Shown here in pieces: positions 40,705 through 48,484 of a stretch of 48,484 bases of DNA. This stretch comes from Botryllus schlosseri (taxonomy: Eukaryota): the NCBI GenBank assembly GCA_051294905.1, contig CM119372.1, positions 40,550,001 through 40,598,484 on the forward strand, in the 5' to 3' direction. Positions within the stretch are counted from its first letter, which is position 1. Each line of letters starts with the position of its first letter. The notes under the pieces were generated by a model. That model was not told the origin of the DNA. It saw nothing but the letters and a program-made list of their open reading frames with translations, and did not search any database. A program made the translations under genes and the position numbers.

Positions 40705-41890
40705 GCGAAAAAAATCGTTGAATTCCTTGCGGTGGAGTCGGTGTGACGCAGCCGGTCAGGATTGGCCGTTAAGGTGTAGCGAAAGTCGTCAATTGCCACG
40801 TAAGAATGCGCGGCGGCCTTAAGCAAGTCGCCGACGCGATGCGGAGCGCGAGCGGGGAACGGGTCCGAACGCCTCTAGGACCCGGTCTTCGGCCGTGGCG
40901 AACGAAACAGAATGCGAGGTGGCCTTAAGCAAGTCGCCGACGCGATGCGGAGCGCGAGCGGGGAACGGGTCCGAACGCCTCTAGAACCCGGTCTTTCGCC
41001 GCGGCGAACGAGAAAAAATGAGCGGTGGCCTTGAGCAAGTCACTGGTCGCAGAGAACGTTTTCATTGAGAAACTGTGGCGAGAAAAATCGTTGAATTCCT
41101 TGCGGTGGAGTCGGTGTGACGCAGCCGGTCAGGATTGGCCGTTAAGGTGTAGCGAAAGTCGTCAATTGCCACGTAAGAATGCGCGGCGGCCTTAAGCAAG
41201 TCGCCGACGCGATGCGGAGCGCGAGCGGGGAACGGGTCCGAACGCCTCTAGGACCCGGTCTTCGGCCGCGGCGAACGAAACAGAATGCGAGGTGGCCTTA
41301 AGCAAGTCGCCGACGCGATGCGGAGCGCGAGCGGGGAACGGGTCCGAACGCCTCTAGGACCCGGTCTTCGGCCGCGGCGAACGAAACAGAATGCGAGGTG
41401 GCCTTAAGCAAGTCGCCGACGCGATGCGGAGCGCGAGCGGGGAACGGGTCCGAACGCCTCTAGAACCCGGTCTTTCGCCGCGGCGAACGAGAAAAAATGA
41501 GCGGTGGCCTTGAGCAAGTCACTGGTCGCAGAGAACGTTTTCATTGAGAAACTGTGGCGAGAAAAATCGTTGAATTCCTTGCGGTGGAGTCGGTGTGACG
41601 CAGCCGGTCAGGATTGGCCGTTAAGGTGTAGCGAAAGTCGTCAATTGCCACGTAAGAATGCGCGGCGGCCTTAAGCAAGTCGCCGACGCGATGCGGAGCG
41701 CGAGCGGGGAACGGGTCCGAACGCCTCTAGGACCCGGTCTTCGGCCGCGGCGAACGAAACAGAATGCGAGGTGGCCTTAAGCAAGTCGCCGACGCGATGC
41801 GGAGCGCGAGCGGGGAACGGGTCCGAACGCCTCTAGGACCCGGTCTTTCGCCGCGGCGAACGAGAAAAAATGAGCGGCGGCCTTGAGCAA
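40705..41890. repeat. Nested tandem repeat: 373/479-bp units containing 2-3 copies of a 106-bp subrepeat
   Basis: TCGTTGAATTCCTTGCGG at 40715, 41088 and 41567; GGCCTTAAGCAAGTCGCCGACG at 40815/40921, 41188/41294/41400 and two further copies. Confidence 0.94.
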
Positions 41891-42159
41891 GCTGCCGACC
41901 AGAAGCAATGCGGGGCGCAAGCGTTCGTACGACTCTGGCTTCGTGTTGGGAACCGCGGGTGCGATCGGCCCGTGAGTCCCGCATGTTGTCGGGACAGTCC
42001 GTTCGCCTTGCGCAGTTAAGGAGAGTGCGTTCTCTCGTTAGTCTCCAAGGTACAACGCCGGTCGAGGGCGAGGCCGGCGCGGAAAACGAACTTTGCGGGG
42101 CGTGGCAACCCTGGCCTCCCCCGCGTCGAAGGACGCGGTAGCGCCGGGAAGCGAACTCG

Positions 42160-42653
42160 TAGCAGTGCGGGTTTTCTGTACTGAGAAATTGACTCTGGGT
42201 AAAGCAGCTCTGCCCAGTGCTCTGAATGTCAAAGTGAAGAAATTCAGCCGAGCAAGCGAAGGATGGGGCCGTTCATCAGCCCTGAATGGTGAGCACGAGT
42301 AGAAGCAGTGCCGCGAAACCGAAAGATGGTTAACAGTACGGGTACTCCGCACTGAGAAAATGACTCTGGGTAATGCGAGCTCTGCCCAGTGCTCTGAATG
42401 TCAAAGTGAAGAAATTCAGCCGAGCAAGCGAAGGATGGGGCCGTTCATCAGCCCTGAATGGTGAGCACGAGTAGAAGCAGTGCCGCGAAACCGAAAGATG
42501 GTTAACAGTACGGGTACTCCGCACTGAGAAAATGACTCTGGGTAATGCGAGCTCTGCCCAGTGCTCTGAATGTCAAAGTGAAGAAATTCAGCCGAGCAAG
42601 CGAAGGATGGGGCCGTTCATCAGCCCGGAATGGTGAGCACGAGTAGAAGCAGT
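42160..42653. repeat. 172-bp tandem repeat (~3 copies), each carrying a 38-nt conserved 28S rRNA segment
   Basis: TCTGCCCAGTG at 42209, 42381 and 42553 (period 172). Confidence 0.95.
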
Positions 42654-43299
42654 GAAGTAGAAGTGGGAGACGGTCGCTGATCTTGTCGGGATGCGGGCAG
42701 CCGTTCCTACTCCGCTTCGGGCTGTCGCGGTCGTCTATCCGGAAGGGCCCCCGGATAGACGGACGCGAGCCCGAAGCGGAGTCGGGGCGAAACACCTATT
42801 CACAACGGTGCTGCCTGCGCCCGCCTAAATCAGCAGCCGTCGTTGGAAGTAGCAAATATTTTCGTTTTTGATTTCGTGCTTGAAAGTGTGTCCCCGCGCA
42901 CGCCCCGTTAATTTGGGGCGCGCGCGGGGACTTTTTTTTTCGTCAGAGTCCGAAAAAGATCGCCACGGTTCTTGGGTGGTTTTTGGTCGGCGATCGGGCC
43001 TCGCTGCGCGCTTATTCTTTTCGTTGGAGTCCGAAAAAAATCACCGGGGTTTGGCTCGGTCTTCGTCGGCCGAACTTCAAGTATTTTTCGATCTCGACCC
43101 TGGCTTAAAGTGGAGAGATCTCGGACTTAGAAAATATTCGACAAAAAAAACTTCAACTTTTTTCGAGGTGGGTAGGCATTAACTGTTTTATACACGTGTC
43201 TATTTTTTTTTTCGATTTCAGGGGTGGAAATAATGTGAACACCTATCTTCAAAGTGAAAAGGTCCTTCCACGAAACGATGAAACAAACAGCAGCTTCGT

Positions 43300-43420
43300 T
43301 CACCCGTATTTATTTCTAATCAGACAATTTTTGATAAATCTGATTTTTTCGCGCATCTGCTGAAAACTCAGGCAGCACTCGCTCTTGTAGCCGTGTACAA
43401 TTTTGCTCAGCAGATGACCA
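43300..43420 (-). pseudogene. Truncated 3' fragment of a paralogue of the YR gene
   Basis: GHLLSKIVHGYKSECCLSFQQMREKIRFIKNCLIRNKYG* aligns without gaps to the YR C-terminus GPLLSKIVHEYKSECYLTFQQMRSKLRLIKSFLINNKS* (29886-30002). Confidence 0.88.
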
Positions 43421-43487
43421 CGCCTAGGTGGTTTAGAACGAAAAAGAAAGTAGTCGAAAAACTCCAACTGTTTTCGACCTCGACCCA

Positions 43488-45275
43488 TGTTAAGAGATAG
43501 GGAGATTTTCATGATAGGCGCCAGCTCATGATGTCGCCACCAGATACGACTTGGTCGTTTTTCGACCTAGCCCACACAAAGTAACATAGACGGGCATTTC
43601 AGACTTGCTCATATCATCTCCAGAATCCTGTGTGGGCTCTCGTTGGTGACTTTTGGCCGGCAAAAAATTGGAACTTTAGCCGGAAAAAATTCCGGACTCA
43701 TGATAGGCGCCACGTATTGAAGACGCAAATTTCGTGTCATGTTGAACCGTTGAACGCTACGGGAGCAGTAGAACGCGACCAGGGGGTTTGGAACAACGAC
43801 CCACGCATTCCTCACGGTCGAATTCACCTACGATAGGGATTTCGGACCTGGTCGATTTTCATGATGGGCGCCAGTCATGATGGCGCCATCAGATTAAGCA
43901 TAAGACCTGATCGATTTTCATGATCGGCGCCACTCATGATCGTCGCCACGAATTCAAGCATACGCCAATACTGTGACATTTCGACTTTATCCGGAAAAAT
44001 TCCGGACTCCGTCACGCTTTCGTGATCGGCTCCAGGTATCGAAGGCGCCAAATTCCGGGTATCGAAGGCACCAAACGCATGTCTGTTAAGAGATAGGGAG
44101 ATTTTCATGATAGGCGCCAGCTCATGATGTCGCCACCAGATACGACTTGGTCGTTTTTCGACCTAGCCCACACAAAGTAACATAGACGGGCATTTCAGAC
44201 TTGCTCATATCATCTCCAGAATCCTGTGTGGGCTCTCGTTGGTGACTTTTGGCCGGCAAAAAATTGGAACTTTAGCCGGAAAAAATTCCGGACTCATGAT
44301 AGGCGCCACGTATTGAAGACGCAAATTTCGTGTCATGTTGAACCGTTGAACGCTACGGGAGCAGTAGAACGCGACCAGGGGGTTTGGAACAACGACCCAC
44401 GCATTCCTCACGGTCGAATTCACCTACGATAGGGATTTCGGACCTGGTCGATTTTCATGATGGGCGCCAGTCATGATGGCGCCATCAGATTAAGCATAAG
44501 ACCTGATCGATTTTCATGATCGGCGCCACTCATGATCGTCGCCACGAATTCAAGCATACGCCAATACTGTGACATTTCGACTTTATCCGGAAAAATTCCG
44601 GACTCCGTCACGCTTTCGTGATCGGCTCCAGGTATCGAAGGCGCCAAATTCCGGGTATCGAAGGCACCAAACGCATGTCTGTTAAGAGATAGGGAGATTT
44701 TCATGATAGGCGCCAGCTCATGATGTCGCCACCAGATACGACTTGGTCGTTTTTCGACCTAGCCCACACAAAGTAACATAGACGGGCATTTCAGACTTGC
44801 TCATATCATCTCCAGAATCCTGTGTGGGCTCTCGTTGGTGACTTTTGGCCGGCAAAAAATTGGAACTTTAGCCGGAAAAAATTCCGGACTCATGATAGGC
44901 GCCACGTATTGAAGACGCAAATTTCGTGTCATGTTGAACCGTTGAACGCTACGGGAGCAGTAGAACGCGACCAGGGGGTTTGGAACAACGACCCACGCAT
45001 TCCTCACGGTCGAATTCACCTACGATAGGGATTTCGGACCTGGTCGATTTTCATGATGGGCGCCAGTCATGATGGCGCCATCAGATTAAGCATAAGACCT
45101 GATCGATTTTCATGATCGGCGCCACTCATGATCGTCGCCACGAATTCAAGCATACGCCAATACTGTGACATTTCGACTTTATCCGGAAAAATTCCGGACT
45201 CCGTCACGCTTTCGTGATCGGCTCCAGGTATCGAAGGCGCCAAATTCCGGGTATCGAAGGCACCAAACGCATGTC
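43488..45275. repeat. 596-bp telomere-adjacent tandem repeat, exactly 3 copies
   Basis: TGTTAAGAGATAGGGAG starts at 43488, 44084 and 44680; the third copy ends ...AAACGCATGTC at 45275, directly before AAGGGTTAGGG. Confidence 0.97.
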
Positions 45276-45276
45276 A

Positions 45277-48200
45277 AGGGTTAGGGTTAGGGTTAGGGTT
45301 AGGGTTAGGGTTAGGGTTAGGGTTAGGGTTAGGGTTAGGGTTAGGGGTTAGGGTTAGGGTTAGGGTTAGGGTTAGGGTTAGGGTTAGGGTTAGGGTTAGG
45401 GTTAGGGTTAGGGTTAGGGTTAGGGTTAGGGTTAGGGTTAGGGTTAGGGTTAGGGTTAGGGTTAGGGTTAGGGTTAGGGTTAGGGTTAGGGTTAGGGTTA
45501 GGGTTAGGGTTAGGGTTAGGGTTAGGGTTAGGGTTAGGGTTAGGGTTAGGGTTAGGGTTAGGGTTAGGGTTAGGGTTAGGGTTAGGGTTAGGGTTAGGGT
45601 TAGGGTTAGGGTTAGGGTTAGGGTTAGGGTTAGGGTTAGGGTTAGGGTTAGGGTTAGGGTTAGGGTTAGGGTTAGGGTTAGGGTTAGGGTTAGGGTTAGG
45701 GTTAGGGTTAGGGTTAGGGTTAGGGTTAGGGTTAGGGTTAGGGTTAGGGTTAGGGTTAGGGTTAGGGTTAGGGTTAGGGTTAGGGTTAGGGTTAGGGTTA
45801 GGGTTAGGGTTAGGGTTAGGGTTAGGGTTAGGGTTAGGGTTAGGGTTAGGGTTAGGGTTAGGGTTAGGGTTAGGGTTAGGGTTAGGGTTAGGGTTAGGGT
45901 TAGGGTTAGGGTTAGGGTTAGGGTTAGGGTTAGGGTTAGGGTTAGGGTTAGGGTTAGGGTTAGGGTTAGGGTTAGGGTTAGGGTTAGGGTTAGGGTTAGG
46001 GTTAGGGTTAGGGTTAGGGTTAGGGTTAGGGTTAGGGTTAGGGTTAGGGTTAGGGTTAGGGTTAGGGTTAGGGTTAGGGTTAGGGTTAGGGTTAGGGTTA
46101 GGGTTAGGGTTAGGGTTAGGGTTAGGGTTAGGGTTAGGGTTAGGGTTAGGGTTAGGGTTAGGGTTAGGGTTAGGGTTAGGGTTAGGGTTAGGGTTAGGGT
46201 TAGGGTTAGGGTTAGGGTTAGGGTTAGGGTTAGGGTTAGGGTTAGGGTTAGGGTTAGGGTTAGGGTTAGGGTTAGGGTTAGGGTTAGGGTTAGGGTTAGG
46301 GTTAGGGTTAGGGTTAGGGTTAGGGTTAGGGTTAGGGTTAGGGTTAGGGTTAGGGTTAGGGTTAGGGTTAGGGTTAGGGTTAGGGTTAGGGTTAGGGTTA
46401 GGGTTAGGGTTAGGGTTAGGGTTAGGGTTAGGGTTAGGGTTAGGGTTAGGGTTAGGGTTAGGGTTAGGGTTAGGGTTAGGGTTAGGGTTAGGGTTAGGGT
46501 TAGGGTTAGGGTTAGGGTTAGGGTTAGGGTTAGGGTTAGGGTTAGGGTTAGGGTTAGGGTTAGGGTTAGGGTTAGGGTTAGGGTTAGGGTTAGGGTTAGG
46601 GTTAGGGTTAGGGTTAGGGTTAGGGTTAGGGTTAGGGTTAGGGTTAGGGTTAGGGTTAGGGTTAGGGTTAGGGTTAGGGTTAGGGTTAGGGTTAGGGTTA
46701 GGGTTAGGGTTAGGGTTAGGGTTAGGGTTAGGGTTAGGGTTAGGGTTAGGGTTAGGGTTAGGGTTAGGGTTAGGGTTAGGGTTAGGGTTAGGGTTAGGGT
46801 TAGGGTTAGGGTTAGGGTTAGGGTTAGGGTTAGGGTTAGGGTTAGGGTTAGGGTTAGGGTTAGGGTTAGGGTTAGGGTTAGGGTTAGGGTTAGGGTTAGG
46901 GTTAGGGTTAGGGTTAGGGTTAGGGTTAGGGTTAGGGTTAGGGTTAGGGTTAGGGTTAGGGTTAGGGTTAGGGTTAGGGTTAGGGTTAGGGTTAGGGTTA
47001 GGGTTAGGGTTAGGGTTAGGGTTAGGGTTAGGGTTAGGGTTAGGGTTAGGGTTAGGGTTAGGGTTAGGGTTAGGGTTAGGGTTAGGGTTAGGGTTAGGGT
47101 TAGGGTTAGGGTTAGGGTTAGGGTTAGGGTTAGGGTTAGGGTTAGGGTTAGGGTTAGGGTTAGGGTTAGGGTTAGGGTTAGGGTTAGGGTTAGGGTTAGG
47201 GTTAGGGTTAGGGTTAGGGTTAGGGTTAGGGTTAGGGTTAGGGTTAGGGTTAGGGTTAGGGTTAGGGTTAGGGTTAGGGTTAGGGTTAGGGTTAGGGTTA
47301 GGGTTAGGGTTAGGGTTAGGGTTAGGGTTAGGGTTAGGGTTAGGGTTAGGGTTAGGGTTAGGGTTAGGGTTAGGGTTAGGGTTAGGGTTAGGGTTAGGGT
47401 TAGGGTTAGGGTTAGGGTTAGGGTTAGGGTTAGGGTTAGGGTTAGGGTTAGGGTTAGGGTTAGGGTTAGGGTTAGGGTTAGGGTTAGGGTTAGGGTTAGG
47501 GTTAGGGTTAGGGTTAGGGTTAGGGTTAGGGTTAGGGTTAGGGTTAGGGTTAGGGTTAGGGTTAGGGTTAGGGTTAGGGTTAGGGTTAGGGTTAGGGTTA
47601 GGGTTAGGGTTAGGGTTAGGGTTAGGGTTAGGGTTAGGGTTAGGGTTAGGGTTAGGGTTAGGGTTAGGGTTAGGGTTAGGGTTAGGGTTAGGGTTAGGGT
47701 TAGGGTTAGGGTTAGGGTTAGGGTTAGGGTTAGGGTTAGGGTTAGGGTTAGGGTTAGGGTTAGGGTTAGGGTTAGGGTTAGGGTTAGGGTTAGGGTTAGG
47801 GTTAGGGTTAGGGTTAGGGTTAGGGTTAGGGTTAGGGTTAGGGTTAGGGTTAGGGTTAGGGTTAGGGTTAGGGTTAGGGTTAGGGTTAGGGTTAGGGTTA
47901 GGGTTAGGGTTAGGGTTAGGGTTAGGGTTAGGGTTAGGGTTAGGGTTAGGGTTAGGGTTAGGGTTAGGGTTAGGGTTAGGGTTAGGGTTAGGGTTAGGGT
48001 TAGGGTTAGGGTTAGGGTTAGGGTTAGGGTTAGGGTTAGGGTTAGGGTTAGGGTTAGGGTTAGGGTTAGGGTTAGGGTTAGGGTTAGGGTTAGGGTTAGG
48101 GTTAGGGTTAGGGTTAGGGTTAGGGTTAGGGTTAGGGTTAGGGTTAGGGTTAGGGTTAGGGTTAGGGTTAGGGTTAGGGTTAGGGTTAGGGTTAGGGTTA

Positions 48201-48484
48201 GGGTTAGGGTTAGGGTTAGGGTTAGGGTTAGGGTTAGGGTTAGGGTTAGGGTTAGGGTTAGGGTTAGGGTTAGGGTTAGGGTTAGGGTTAGGGTTAGGGT
48301 TAGGGTTAGGGTTAGGGTTAGGGTTAGGGTTAGGGTTAGGGTTAGGGTTAGGGTTAGGGTTAGGGTTAGGGTTAGGGTTAGGGTTAGGGTTAGGGTTAGG
48401 GTTAGGGTTAGGGTTAGGGTTAGGGTTAGGGTTAGGGTTAGGGTTAGGGTTAGGGTTAGGGTTAGGGTTAGGGTTAGGGTTAGA
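45277..48484 (+). repeat. Terminal telomere (TTAGGG)n, ~534 repeats
   Basis: TTAGGG run to the end of the sequence, with the G-rich strand running toward the end; one TTAGGGG variant at ~45341-45347. Confidence 0.99.

Larger units (their letters stand above)
38990..42865 (+). pseudogene. Degenerate, rearranged mosaic of 18S and 28S rRNA-derived fragments (not a functional rRNA gene)
   Basis: 18S-like: CCGCTAGAAGTGAAATTC...GCCAAGGGCGTTTTCATTAATCGAGAGCGAAGGT (39459-39548) and ATCAGGGTTCGATCCTAGAGAGGGAGC (40528-40554). 28S-like: CCCGAAAGATGGTG (40349), GTCTCCAAGGT (42041), TCTGCCCAGTGCTCTGAATGTCAAAGTGAAGAAATTCA (42209, 42381, 42553) and GTAGCAAATATT (42849). Matches are from memory of conserved eukaryotic rRNA; boundaries are approximate. 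Confidence 0.72.
29621..45275 (-). mobile_element. Putative telomere-inserted tyrosine-recombinase (Crypton-like) DNA element, ~15.65 kb
   Basis: Bounded on both sides by (TTAGGG)n and encodes a YR-like protein. Inverted terminal motifs: TTGGCGCCTTC (29627-29637) vs GAAGGCGCCAA (45233-45243) and GAAGGCACCAA (45256-45266). No reverse transcriptase, DDE transposase or poly(A) tail recognised. Confidence 0.7.

Noticed and set aside
38990..42865. Functional 18S/5.8S/28S rRNA genes
   Set aside because: Only short, degenerate, out-of-order fragments are present, interrupted by tandem repeats. I found no 5.8S and most universal motifs are missing.
38600..43182. Many overlapping Arg-rich ORFs on both strands
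   Set aside because: Expected in GC-rich, rRNA-derived sequence; no coherent gene model or domain.
29621..45275. Telomeric retrotransposon (TRAS/SART, MoTeR, Penelope/Athena), DIRS element or telomere-integrated herpesvirus
   Set aside because: No reverse transcriptase, RNase H, endonuclease, gag, poly(A) tail or viral genes were recognised; the only enzyme seen is the YR.

Overview
This window is a eukaryotic chromosome end with a (TTAGGG)n telomere. Bases 1-29149 are an array of a 337-bp satellite with a 16-monomer (~5.39 kb) higher-order repeat and a strand inversion at ~7440-7457. The satellite is cut mid-monomer and capped by ~78 TTAGGG repeats (29150-29620). A ~15.65-kb insert follows (29621-45275), then the terminal telomere (~3.2 kb). 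The insert is therefore flanked on both sides by same-orientation telomeric repeats. It carries one minus-strand gene, reconstructed here from six exons joined in frame by five short GT-AG introns. The gene encodes two C2H2 zinc fingers and a tyrosine-recombinase (YR) domain with R-K-R-H-Y catalytic-type motifs. The insert also has inverted terminal motifs around an AGGG core, rDNA-spacer-like subrepeat arrays, a Pol I-start-like site, a scrambled mosaic of degenerate 18S/28S rRNA fragments, a remnant of a YR paralogue, and a terminal 596-bp triplication. Best interpretation (inference): a telomere-repeat-targeting, Crypton-like YR element carrying rDNA-derived cargo. Family assignment, host identity and activity cannot be established from the sequence alone.
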